NCBI GenBank assembly: GCA_013265495.1
Contig: MU060312.1
Coordinates: 4,136,181-4,200,180, forward strand
Length of the DNA: 64,000 bases
From: Vicugna vicugna
Taxonomy: Eukaryota
Direction of reading: 5' to 3'
Shown here in pieces: positions 37,348-49,655 of this stretch (its first letter is position 1; each line of letters opens with the position of its first letter). The notes under the pieces were generated by a model. It saw nothing but the letters and a program-made list of their open reading frames with translations. It had not been told where the DNA came from and searched no databases. The translations under genes and the position numbers were made by a program.

Positions 37348-38781
37348 TTTAAAATAGAGACTGTAATTTAAAACAGGCAGTTTGATGCCCCACTGAACTT
37401 TGTTTAAGCCTGGAATAAAAGAGGGGAAAAAAGCTTTAAGCCACAAAAAAGTGACTAAGCTTTCTCAACCACTTTTCTTCATAATGCATTCTATTTCAAA
37501 AAAAAAGTTTCTAGGTACTGTTGTTGGCTCTTTCCACAGAACCTGCATTTTATCCAATGTTAGGTTGTGATGTGTGTGTCTCTTCCCTTTATTTCATTAG
37601 CAGGCTGTCACTGACTTTTTAAAGTGTTCCGAGTAGTGTTCATTTGCAGTGTAACCTGTGTGCTGTGTGCATCTGTGCACATTGCCCACATTCAGTGTGT
37701 GTGAGAACATTAATTCTAAATTAAACACATGGTTTTTAGTATTTACTTATTGATAGCTAATTTTCTAGAGTTCTCTTGATTTAAATAGTACCTCATTATT
37801 AGACTGGACTGATAAAAATATTTAACTGTATTTTTTTGTTAGGTCATTATAAAAATGCTTAGCTGGAATCAGTTTATATTATGCCTTCTTTTTCTCTCCT
37901 CAGAAAAGAGAAAGTGAAGAGCTTATAATGACTTGTATGGAAGGAATGGTGACTTTGTTTTGATAAAGCAATATATTTTGACCTGGAGACCTGTTCTAAT
38001 GATGATGTTGAATGGATCACAAGGCGAAATCTCCAGCCAAGGTTCTGGTCTTGAGCAATTCATGTCAGTTCTCAGGACCTGCCTGTCCTTGTCTGGAAGA
38101 ATGAACGTTAGAAGATGTCAAATGAGAGAAGTGCAGTCATCTTGAAATCTTCAGTGATGGCTCCTGTACTCCCCTGGTGGTCCCCTACCCATTCTTAGGA
38201 GCCATTTGCTTTTGAACATATTTAAGAATTTGGGGTTGCCTAATTGAGTGCGTAGCCTTGTCTGTAGGTCATGGGGGAGCCATGGGCCTTCTTGTGGTCT
38301 CTGTCTCTAACATCTCAGAGACTGCAGAGGTCTCCCTCCCCTCCCCATGTGATCAGTTTGGGAATCTGATGTGTTTGAGTCTAGGGAGGTCTAGGGAGCA
38401 GAAAAGTTCATGTGAGAAATTGAGAAATATGTATTCCAGGTGTCTTTATGACCAATAAAGTGGGTGGTAGAAAAGGCAAATAAGGAGGCTGCAAGACAAT
38501 GAAGTCTTGCCTTTGTGATGCAAAGTCTGTATGCCTTTTCCTGCTGGACGCGTGGGAGTCCAGTGGAGACAGTTCTCTGAAGCAGGATGATCAAGCAGCA
38601 GTGGGTTTTAATTTCATGCTGGTGGAAGGAAGGTCCCGATGCTCTATACCTGAGGTCTCTATTTACTTCTGGCACTCCTGGTTTACATTTGTATACTATA
38701 AAGTAATTGAGTAATAACTCTGCTTTTTAAACTGAGATTTACCACTAGTGGAAATATTAGCAAGCCAGGAACATGAAAATC

Positions 38782-38836
38782 TTTTTTTTTTTAATTTTTT
38801 TTTTTAATTGAGTTATAGTCAGTTTACAATGTTGTG
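38782..38836 (-). mobile_element. Very short 5'-truncated cetartiodactyl/camelid-type L1 3' end
   Basis: Poly-T followed by aattgagttatagtcagtttacaatgttgtg, similar to the start of the 44399 element. Confidence 0.6.
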
Positions 38837-40736
38837 AAAACCACTTCTTTTTAATGAACCCAAACCAGTTTCATGGATAATGCCCCTTGCATCACTGCGT
38901 TTTGTTTGTGTGCGCTTTTTGTTTTAAGTCCTTGGACTCACTGGCTTGATTTGGGTAGAGTGCCGTGTTACTCTACCCAAAAGTCTTACTTTTACTCCTC
39001 TTTCTGTCAAAGCATGAAATGTGTGCACTGAGGGGGGTGGTCATAGACTATACCAACCCACAGTTAAATGTTTTCTCTCAAAGTAGGCCAGAATGAGTGA
39101 ACCTGGTGACCACTGAGTGACAGGACAGTACAGCAGTATCCTGTCCCTGTCTGAAACCTGCCCTGATATTGATTCTCTTTTTTTGTTTTCAGAATTTTCT
39201 GTTGTAAGTAGTGATCTTCATTAGTCTTTATTTTTCCAACGGATTTGGGTGGTTGAGTGCAGTGAGCCACTTAACACCTTCTGATGACACTAAAAATATG
39301 TGGTTGGTCTTTTGTAAGTATCTGTATCTGGATAAAATTTGGCTTCAAAATAATAACTATATACTATATATATAATAATTTATTGGATACCATTTAAAAG
39401 TGTCTAGTTTTATCTAAGTGAAAATTTCAGTTAATTGACACAGGAAACTGCTAGTAAAAGAAGAAGTATGCCCAGAGTAGGATTCTTAGTGAATACCTTA
39501 GTGAATAAAGTTTAATATGAACTTTAAAAACAGGACTTCCTGACGTCTGTTTTGCCTGCTGAAAGCCACATGCCACCCTATTCTTCTGTTTTTGAATGTC
39601 TGGGACTTTAGGTTACCGAGACAAGTGAATTGCTCCATGCCTTTTATTTATGAGAAGCCTTCATTTTCAAAATGCCTTTATTACCACTGAAGGCAGGGAG
39701 ACTACTTTAGACCTATTGTATTATGTCACTAATGAGATTGACTCAGATAATTAAAGAAGTGATAGCAGTGAGAACGCAGAGGGAGAAAGTTGTTGAAATA
39801 AAAGGAGGAATGAATGGTTGATGCTTTCAAGGTCTTTAAGCTGAGTGACCTGGAGGTGTGATTGTGTTGCTGACAAACGCAAGGAAATGGTGATGGGGAG
39901 TTGGTTTAGGGAGAAAAGAATAGCCAGAGATTTTATGAGATTAAAAAGCAACTCCTGAGTTACTGTGCTGGAATTCTAGAAGTTCTAAAGGAAAGCAATT
40001 CATATTTGTTACCAAAACCTTATTTTTTGTATAGTTCTTCATGTAAGAGTTAAACCATTGTCATAGATAGACGTTGATGTTCAAAGAATGATAGCATTGG
40101 CCATAGCTTTACATTTTATTTAAATTCTTGGAGGCGATTTGAAGACTATCATAGCAGAGTTTGTATAAACAACTTGGAATAAGATGAGAGTGCAGTCTCA
40201 AGAAATAGATGAAAAAAATATATAAATGCCAACAGAATTGTATATGTGTATATATATATATGTATGTATATACAGTTTGGTTGGCATTCATGGCTGGTCT
40301 CATTTTTCGTTGCTTTTAAGATAGTGCAGTAAGTTTATACCCTAGTGTGTTGCTTTCCTTGGCTCGGGGTAAGTTACTTTATATTGCCTTGTTTGGTTTA
40401 CTTTTGAATGATTTAGACTTTGTTCTTTTCGTACCAATTTATTTTGGAGGAACATTCCTTAGCTATCTCAATATAATTTCTTCTTTTCTGAAGCTTATTT
40501 TGAGTATATGGGTTTGTGAGCCTAGTATACAAATTTATGTCTTGTTTGTTTGTTTTCATTTTTTGAGGGTGACTGGGAGGGGGCAGGAAACCTGGTTTTA
40601 ACATGCTATTTTTGTAATATGTTCTCTTTTATTTTAGAAATGGTTTACCCCTTTGATAACCATGTATTTCTGTGATACATTTGAATCTCAGCAAAGGAAA
40701 TGGGACCTTAGGGAGATTACCATGAACTCTGAAGGG

Positions 40737-40739
<3 letters not shown>

Positions 40740-40775
<36 letters not shown>
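40740..40775 (+). repeat. (CT)18 microsatellite
   Basis: Seen directly in the sequence. Confidence 0.95.
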
Positions 40776-40781
<6 letters not shown>

Positions 40782-42314
40782 TTTTCTAATCAAGCCCCTC
40801 TCCACTTTTTTCTTTGGTTTTTAAAGTGCTGTCATTTCACTTCCTACATAAAGAGCAGAGGTTTAATATTGATGAGGTTTTAAAATTAAATGTGTGTGTT
40901 TTTACATATTTAATTTGATTCCAATTTTTAAAAAGTATCTCCCAGATGTGAAAATAGACACACACGAATGGCGGGAAACGTGGCTCAGTGCAGCAGCCAG
41001 GGCGTCTTGGCGAGCCTGAGCTTGTACCATTGCCGCAGCGGCCCGCGCGTCTGCCCCTGCATGTGCCTCCATGTCCTTGTAAACTTTGGATGTTGAACCT
41101 AAGTCCTTTTTTAAAAAAATAAAACCGGTGTTTCCCCACTTTTGATTAAGTCATGAGTGTCCTTGAATAAGTATGAATGTGCTCAAATTTCTCTAAGTGT
41201 TTTTGCTTTTCGTAGTTACTGCATTTAAGCTTTTCCTTGGCTGTCATGTCTACATGTTGATATCCTTGATTAAGGCACAAGATGTGACTCTACACAGAAA
41301 AATTCAATTACATTTAACAATCATTTATTGATTTCCTCCTGTGTTTAAAATTTTATACTAGATATAACGAAAGAAAAATAAAAATTAATTACTTTACTAG
41401 CTTATTATTGTTTGTTCTTTCCTATAATATATTTGGCAATAAGAAATCAATGAAAAAACACATCTATATTTGGGATACTTGTTATTTAAAGTACTTTAAC
41501 ATATTATCTCATTTTTACCTTTAGAGAACCATCTACAGAATCTGCAGAATTCATACTTCCGGCGTGTGTAATTTCAAAGAAATGACTTGCCGTTTTGTAG
41601 AAGTCTTGAATATTTAAAAGCAATGACAGCTATATCAAAATTATATTCACCTTTTATATAAGACATTAAAGTGGCATTTAATAACATATTATCAGTGCTT
41701 GTGTTCTTAAAAGGAGAACCCTGCCTCTCAGCACTTTTGTGAACACTTGGCTTGGTGGAGTAAGAATGATGATGCTGGTTTTCTTGAGTCACTTCATGAA
41801 GAATTTTATTATTTTTACACTTTTTTTCCCCCAACTTAATTTGTACTTTCTATTTTCATAGGGGTGAAAACAAGATATTAAAGGTCTAGCCATCTTTGAT
41901 AAGACTTTTTGTCCCTTTTTGGGGTATCAGATTTTGAAAAGTGTACCTAACTACGCATGTTACGGATAACACAGCACGTTCCCGTGTGCCGTGAACTCAG
42001 CGTCACTCCTGGGTCCTTCCCTTTACCCCTTTACATCACTGCAGAGAAAACATATGTAAAACCTTCTAGTGTGGTACTTGCCACATACGTATGTGCTCAG
42101 TAAATGTTAATTTCGTACCTGTTTGCCCTCCTTCTCTTTTGGAATTGCGTTTGGCTGCCAGGGCCTGTTAATATCACTAGTCCACCAAACTTCCCTGAGA
42201 TTCAGCATTCCTGTCCTGTGGAGGTGGAGGACGGGGACAGAGGCATTGCAGAGGCACAGAGATCATGAGAGCTGACTCTCAGCTAAAACTTTGTTTCACT
42301 GACTCCTCTCCTGT

Positions 42315-42342
42315 TACTTGAACCTCAGTACTTGAACCTCAG
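42315..42342 (+). repeat. Tandem duplication, 2 x 14 bp (tacttgaacctcag)
   Basis: Exact repeat seen directly in the sequence. Confidence 0.9.
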
Positions 42343-44398
42343 TACTGTTGACCTCTTTGGATAGAGAGATTGGTGTGAACGGCACTGGGGTTCTTCTGCA
42401 CTCATTTTGATTGTGTATTCTTTGTTTTTATTTACCACATAACAGAAGAATGCCAATATGAGAAAACTACATTAACATACATTGTAATTTAAAATAATTT
42501 TCCCAATATTGTGCTGTCATTTTTAGTTTTAAGTGCTGCAGACTAAATTACTGGAGGAAGGGGAGGGTGGGAATGAAGAGGCAAAATCCTCTATGGTTCG
42601 TTTCTTGACTACTTATCAAAAATTACAGCTATATAGTTTAGGCATTTGAAATCTACTGATAATTCAAAAATGTAATATTGGTCACTGGTTTTATACGAAT
42701 CTGTACTCCCAACAATATACTTAACTAAATGGCTGCAGTTTACTTTGGAGTTTATTTTTCCCTTGCTCTTTCCAACTTGTGGTATGAACAGTGAGTAATA
42801 AAATCACCAAAAAGAAGAGAGAGTGTAAATAAGAAGAAGGTATAAACAAAGGCATGGCTAGAAATCTACATTGCTTACAATAAAGTCTGCTTTAGAAAAA
42901 CTCTTTAGATTTTACAAAGGGTTTTCAGATTTCTGAGACAGATAACTGTATGAACCGTAGTGGTTGTCCAGGAAAAGCCAGGTGGACTGTGACACATCTT
43001 TAGTGGGAGACTGCAGGTGGTGAATCAGGTAAAATAAGATATCCTTTTAAATCAAATAACGTAAACACTCTATCCATCTATCCATCTGTGTGTCTGTGTG
43101 TCTATCTATCTGTGACATAGACATGCCTAAATAATTTTATTAATATAGGAGATACACCTTTTTGAATTCTGCCCTTTTTTGTCTCATTTGATTCAATGAT
43201 GTTAAATAAATATGTTGTGAGTCAGGTGGTATTTTGTAGGGGGAAATACCTGTTTTTAGCGTTGTTCTTTTAGACAGTTGTATTGATTGGTGTTTAAAGG
43301 ATACATCCTAAATAGGGCACTTTTACAAAAGGGTAATTCATAAGTCAACTATATTTAGACAGCAGTGGAAGCTAGTAAAAAGGTACTTGGACAAATTATA
43401 GAGGAAATGAATATGACTTTACAGTTGTAAATAAAGGTATTTTACTTTTGTCAACATTTTATTGACTATCCTGTCATATCCTTTGTGTATTATGCTGACC
43501 ATAACCAGTTTTACTTCTCAATTTACCTGCAAATATAGTTTCTTATTAAAATACGTAAAATTTAATGTAATTAGTGCATTTTTTGACCTCTCTGACTGAA
43601 TTTTTTTATGCTGTGGCATTCTAGTATAAAGTATGACCCAGATGCTGTATAACTTAATGATTAAAGTTAAAGAATACAGATTTTTTCATCTACAAAAGCA
43701 TTTAAAAAAACAGCTTAAACGTCTTTCAACATGTGTCCCTGTGAATTACAAATAAATTTGTTTACCTTTAAATATACCGTGGCCACTTTCAACTGAAAGA
43801 GTCCTGTTGTGACAGAAGGTTTTCATTTCCTGTGATGTTTTTATATAGAATTTACAACCTATGTGCTTCTAAAAAGGATTTGAGCTGACCTACAGTAAAA
43901 CATTTGTATAAACTGAGACTACTCAAAGTGGAATACAAATTAAAAAAAATGTTTTAAAAAGGGAGAAGCAGACAAACCATGATAATGCAGTACCATGAAT
44001 AACTATTAAATTTAAGGCTGCATTCCTGACTACCAAGGTAGAATGGGAAAACTGAGGTTATTTAATTATTAACATAATATGGAAAATATTAAGAGGCATA
44101 CCACTTTTCTATTATTTTGTAAAAGGAAATATTCTATAAAGGAACATATAAAATACTCCTGTGAAATAATGAATAATGATGCCAAAATACGAGTTTTCTG
44201 TTTTTTTTTTTTAGCGTTAAAGAAGTTTTTCATGTTACTTGGGATGATTATCCAGGGTCTTTTAAATTAGGTGTCCAGTGACATAAATGAATGAATGATT
44301 GGCTGTTTTTTCTCTAACTTGCTCAGCTGTCAAAAATTATAAATTCACCAATTCTGTTCAACTGAGTAGCTTATTGAGCCATTTTCATTTCACAGTAA

Positions 44399-44668
44399 TT
44401 TTTTTAAATTGAAGTATATTAGTCAGTTTACAGTGTATCAATTTCTGGTGTACAGCATCATGTTTCAGTCATACGTATATATTTGTTTTCATACTCTTTT
44501 TCATTATACATTACTACAAGATATTGAATATAGTTTCCTGTGCTGTACAGAAGAAACTTGTTATTTATCTATTTTATATATAGTAGTTAATATTTGCACA
44601 TCTCATACTCCCAGTTTATCCCTTCCTATCTCCTTTCCCCTCCCGGTAACCATAAGTTTGTTTACACA
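44399..44668 (-). mobile_element. Cetartiodactyl-type L1 3' end
   Basis: ttttttaaattgaagtatattagtcagtttacagtgtatcaatttctggtgtacagcat...tacaagatattgaatatagtttcctgtgctgtacag...ggtaaccataagtttgttt. Confidence 0.85.
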
Positions 44669-46189
44669 GTGATTTTTAAAATTAACTATTTTGTAAGCAT
44701 AATATATGTTGCAGGATGAAAGTCATTTAGTAAGGAAATAGTTCTTGCAAAGAGAGTATCTTTTGTCAACTTATTTTTCTTTGTTTTGTGGGATAGAGGA
44801 CATTTTCTTTATAATTTGGCATTTTCCTGTTGCATGTTTTTACGGGAGAAGATTGCTAATCTTTGGATTTTAAGAATTGGGCTTAAGATTATTGGTGAGA
44901 CTGATGATGGCCTACAGTTTGCAATGTAAGCATTACACTAAATGGCTTAATAGATATAGCCACTCCAATTTATATCTTGTGGCAAAATTCATGTGATTTA
45001 TTTTTCTTGTACCTCTTGGCTTGAGTACATTATAAAATTGGAGATGTGTTTTATCAGGAGAAAAAGGATAAATCCATAATCTGTCAAGTTTCTTCAGAGT
45101 TGAGTGGGGAGGAGGAATGCTAAAGCTGGTGTGGTGTATCTGTGTATCTCCCTGATCCCCCACCCCTAGGACTGCCCATGGCAGAAACTTAGACTCCAGC
45201 TTTATTTTGGTGGTTGTGCCTTGTGCTTTAGCGACAGTGGGTATGAGCAGCAGGCCAGTGACCCGGGAAAGGGTGAGGATCTTGACACCAGCCCTGATTG
45301 GAGTCCGCAGCTGTCTTTCCCTTTTGCCACTCCTCAGCCTTTGCAGGGAAAGGGACCAGGGTGTGTCCTTTAGATCTGTAGAAAAGGGGCAGCTGTATTG
45401 TGCTCCTGTTGTTGAAAGGGAATGGGACATTTTTGAGCCCCTAACCATACCCGATGGAATTTAACAAAAAGACAATTTAACATATATTTATTCTTATAAA
45501 ACAACAGTAACACTATAATAAAGCTATTTCTGTTCATTTGTTGGCCAGTCTAGTCATGTATAACTTCATTCAAGTAAAAGCAAGTCCTAGTAGTTGGTAG
45601 TTCCTCCTTGTAGAGAATCTTCAAAAAATCTTTAACATTTGGTATTTCATTACCTCTAGGAACATTACTTGCTCAGGATTTTGTAGCTCTCTCACCTCTA
45701 GTGGTGCTTTTAAAAACTGTTCAGCTGCAAAGTCATGAAATAGCACTGTCTGTGTCAACTTTATTCATTTATCTTTTTAAAACACAAAAACCTGTAAATT
45801 GGCAAATTGTTTTTTAGTATTTTCCCTTCAGAGGGCTTAAAAAATATCTTAAGTATGTTGGGATTAGATTGGGTGATTGGGAAAAAACTCCGAGTCAGGC
45901 TAGCTGTTCTCTGGTAGTTGAAGTGCACAAATCGATTTTGCTCCCTTAGCTGGCTGCTTGTGCTTAAAACAGTTTTTGACAAATGCCAGAGTTTCACAAA
46001 TGTAGGAGTAGCAGTTATGGAGGTGGTTTTGCAAGTCCCTTGGAACAGCCATGCACATCTTCAGTCACTCTTAATTTGAATGAGAAAGGGGATGGTAGAA
46101 GCTATTTTTATTTTCTCCTGGGAGCAAGAGAAAAGGAAGGCAGAACTCTGTACCATGTAATTTTTAAAAAGAAAAAAAAAATCGAATTC

Positions 46190-46337
46190 NNNNNNNNNNN
46201 NNNNNNNNNNNNNNNNNNNNNNNNNNNNNNNNNNNNNNNNNNNNNNNNNNNNNNNNNNNNNNNNNNNNNNNNNNNNNNNNNNNNNNNNNNNNNNNNNNNN
46301 NNNNNNNNNNNNNNNNNNNNNNNNNNNNNNNNNNNNN
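46190..46337. other. Assembly gap (148 N)
   Basis: Run of N. Confidence 1.
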
Positions 46338-46432
46338 CTGACACCGCCTGGGTAGAATATTCTTACCACTCCCTCTGGCTGCTGGAAGTCTGAAATTACA
46401 TCTTTGTCTTTGAAGTCAGGCATACTGTTAGC

Positions 46433-46446
46433 GTTGCTATGGCGAC
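46433..46446 (-). promoter_or_regulatory. RFX X-box motif (GTCGCCATAGCAAC)
   Basis: Exact fit to the consensus GTNRCC-N(0-3)-RGYAAC; function not demonstrated. Confidence 0.45.
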
Positions 46447-46453
46447 AGGGTGG

Positions 46454-46751
46454 NNNNNNNNNNNNNNNNNNNNNNNNNNNNNNNNNNNNNNNNNNNNNNN
46501 NNNNNNNNNNNNNNNNNNNNNNNNNNNNNNNNNNNNNNNNNNNNNNNNNNNNNNNNNNNNNNNNNNNNNNNNNNNNNNNNNNNNNNNNNNNNNTTAANNN
46601 NNNNNNNNNNNNNNNNNNNNNNNNNNNNNNNNNNNNNNNNNNNNNNNNNNNNNNNNNNNNNNNNNNNNNNNNNNNNNNNNNNNNNNNNNNNNNNNNNNNN
46701 NNNNNNNNNNNNNNNNNNNNNNNNNNNNNNNNNNNNNNNNNNNNNNNNNNN
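46454..46751. other. Assembly gap (140 N + ttaa + 154 N)
   Basis: Run of N interrupted by an isolated ttaa at 46594-46597. Confidence 1.
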
Positions 46752-47229
46752 GCTCTGTTGCTCCCTTATTTTTTGGACTTAACCCATTATGGTCTTGATC
46801 TTCTAAGATTTCAGAGGAGACAAAGTTCTAAGGAGGAACTAAGCTTTTAAAATATTAAAAATGAACTACGTGTCTTATTTTTAAAACTCTGAATCTGACG
46901 GTGATAATTGGTCAGTCTTTCCCCATGAGTTGCAGCAGTAACTATTTTTTAATGTTTCTTTTGTTTCAAGTTTCTGTTTATCCCCTCTCCTGTACTGTGT
47001 CTTCACATAGGATATTTAAGGAGAGACTGCTTACAGTTGTGGGGGACTGTGGGACATTTTGTAAAGGTTTTAGTTAATGTAACTTTTGAGGATTTAATAA
47101 TGTTCTCTCACATATTAAGTCTTTTTGGTTTAAGATCAGTTAGTTACTTATATATACATGTGACTTGTTGATTCTTGATTATTTTGTTGTTAGAATAATA
47201 GAGAATCTTGAAAGTTCATATAATATATA

Positions 47230-48100
47230 CATGTCCCTCCATACCGGATATGTGAATTGCTTCTAAAATATAATTTCAATACCTTTTGCAGTGGAACTTA
47301 CCACTTCAGAAAGTATTTAATTTCTGATAATTTAAATTGTTAGGAAATTCTTCCTGATACTAACTTGAAATACTTTTTTGGATTTGTATTCTACTTCTGC
47401 CTTCTTAAATCACACAAGACAAATATCAATCTATCTTCTGTAATATGGCTGTTCAAATATTTGAAGATTATTGCTATTTTACCTGAATTTTCACTAGGCT
47501 AACTAGTTCCTTTAAGTCTGTTCCCAATTAGGTGGTTTCAAGTCCGTCTACCGCCATGTCCTTAACTCTTTGATAAACATCATTTTGTGTAAGCACCTTT
47601 AAATATGAATCTGCAACTAAACTGAATACTCCAAAGTTATGGTCGGTATGGAGCCAGCCTGCCACTTGCTTTGTTCTAGACTGTCATGATCTGGGGTGGA
47701 CTAGGTTTTGTAGCAGCTGCATCCCACTCTGGTACTCTGATAGGAACTGCTTTTAAGGCATATGTTTCTTCCATCCTGCAGCTGCGCCCAAACCCAAGTA
47801 CAGTTTTCACATTTACCCTTTTTGAATGTGGTATTTTGGGGGGAGGGTCATTGTGTAAGCCTGCTAACATGTATTTGGATCCTGAATCATCCATTGTGTT
47901 TATTGTAATTCTTAATTTTATGTCATCTATAAAATCTCATAACAGCTCTTAATATAAAAAATTAAGTTAAATAGACCAAATGCAGAACTTTTTCACATTA
48001 TGATTTTTGCTGTTCATCCAAGTATAATAAGTCTAGAGATGCTGAATGTTCTAGGTCATATCCTACATACTAACCACGACACTATCCTAAGAAACTTAGT
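47230..48100 (-). mobile_element. CR1/L3 LINE remnant (about 0.9 kb)
   Basis: ttgttaggaaattcttcctgatact, ggctgttcaaatatttgaagattattgcta, aactaaactgaatactccaa, aaacccaagtacagttttcacatttaccc and tcatccaagt are collinear with antisense L3. Confidence 0.65.
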
Positions 48101-49479
48101 CAGTGATTAGGTAGGTTTCCAGAACAATTTGGCCTATACTATGTTATGCATGTTACAGTGCTATTTTTAAAAATTAATCATTGTGAATTATACATGACTT
48201 TTCAGTGAAATAATACATATAAAGTCTTTATAATATTGAAAGTTAGACATAATTTGCTTTTGAGATAATTTTATCTTCATGAAACGTAACTTTTCTGTTG
48301 TGAGAGAAGAAAATCTACTTTGTAAACCAGTTCATCTTGCTACCTCTACATCTGCATTGTATGCATCGGAGCATTCTTCATCCAGCAGGAATATTCAAGA
48401 TAAACATCAAGAAAAGGCAGAACTACCGGTGTCCATCTCCAAAAGGACCCTAGAAACAGGGCCCTGAATGTCATGGGTCCAAGGCAGAAGATAATCCCGC
48501 TGGTCTTGGGATCTTAGAAATGAAGCAGTCCCGTTTGAGGGGCCTGCGATTTCAGGGAATGGGACTGTTGATCACAGAAGCCACGGCCTGTTCCGTCAGG
48601 ATGGTTACTTGAGACAGCAGGTAGTGGTTGTGAGGGCCTCCCCTTCTTCCTTGTTTCCCTATATTCATCTGTGTATCTGACACATGACCCGTGCTTTACT
48701 TTTTATCACCAACTGTCCAGAATTTCTGGGTACTGGGGAAGTTAAATCTGGGTAGTCTTTCCTGAGCATGCAAACCTTGGGGAAGACACGCACTGGGGGT
48801 GTGGTACTGGGGAGGAGACCCAGGCACCTGCTTCTGTAGTACAGAGGGCTTTGCATCCTTTCTCACCACTGCCTGTGGGAGGGGAGGGAAGTGTGAGCCT
48901 AGAGGGTCACTTACAAAAAAGGCATTCTATTTTTGAACGAGTCCCAGGTCCTTTCATGTATTCTTGGAGGGTAGGCACACAGTTTGTGCTTACATTTGTG
49001 AAAAGCTGTCTCCTCCCTCCTCACATCCATATCCATACCTTCTTTCTCTGGCAGGAGCCAGGGTTCAAATTCTAGAGATAGGTACCTGGGAGGCAGACAC
49101 TTACAAATTCAAAATCTGACAATAAGTTTCATAGATTAGAAAACAGAAATTACTTCAGACCAGTACTGGTTCATGGAGTGGAAAGGTGGGAAATGGTCCT
49201 CTACGGATGGCCTCCAGGGACAGCATTCCTCTCCTTCATCATTTAGTAGGCAGTATACAGCTGGTGACCATTTACGCTTCTTTAACTGACTAGCAATTTG
49301 GCTTGAATTTGGGGTGAGGAATGGGCAGGTTCTCATTCCACTCAAACTTTTCATGAGATTTTCATTAAATGAACCTCCCTGAAAAGGAAAAATGTCAGTG
49401 AGTTTTGGTTCTGAATATTGCCCTGTTTACAGCATTTGTAGCAGGAGGAGTGTTACAGGGACTTCTGGGTATTCTGGGT

Positions 49480-49655
49480 CACCACTGTCCAGTGTTGGAA
49501 ATACTCCATATCTGTGTGGTCTAGTAGGTTAGCCGCTAGCCGTGTGTTGCTGCGTAGTGCTTGAAATAGGGCTAATATGAGCAATCGAATTCAAATTTAA
49601 TTAAATTTAAATGGCCACATGTGGCTAATAGATACCATATTGGACAGTGCAGTTC
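49480..49655. mobile_element. MER3 (hAT-Charlie) MITE
   Basis: cactgtccagtg...tagccgctagccgtgtg...gtgcttgaaat...aaatttaaatggccacatgtggctaatagataccatattggacagtgcag. Confidence 0.75.

Noticed and set aside
46404-46453. ORF start MSLKSGILLALLW resembles the ARID1A/B C-terminal motif MMSLKSGLLAESTW
   Set aside because: The first codon is TTG, the alignment needs an insertion, the upstream in-frame residues are unrelated, and there are no splice signals; treated as coincidence.
37133-46850. ORFs containing X runs
   Set aside because: Artefacts of N gaps that lack stop codons.
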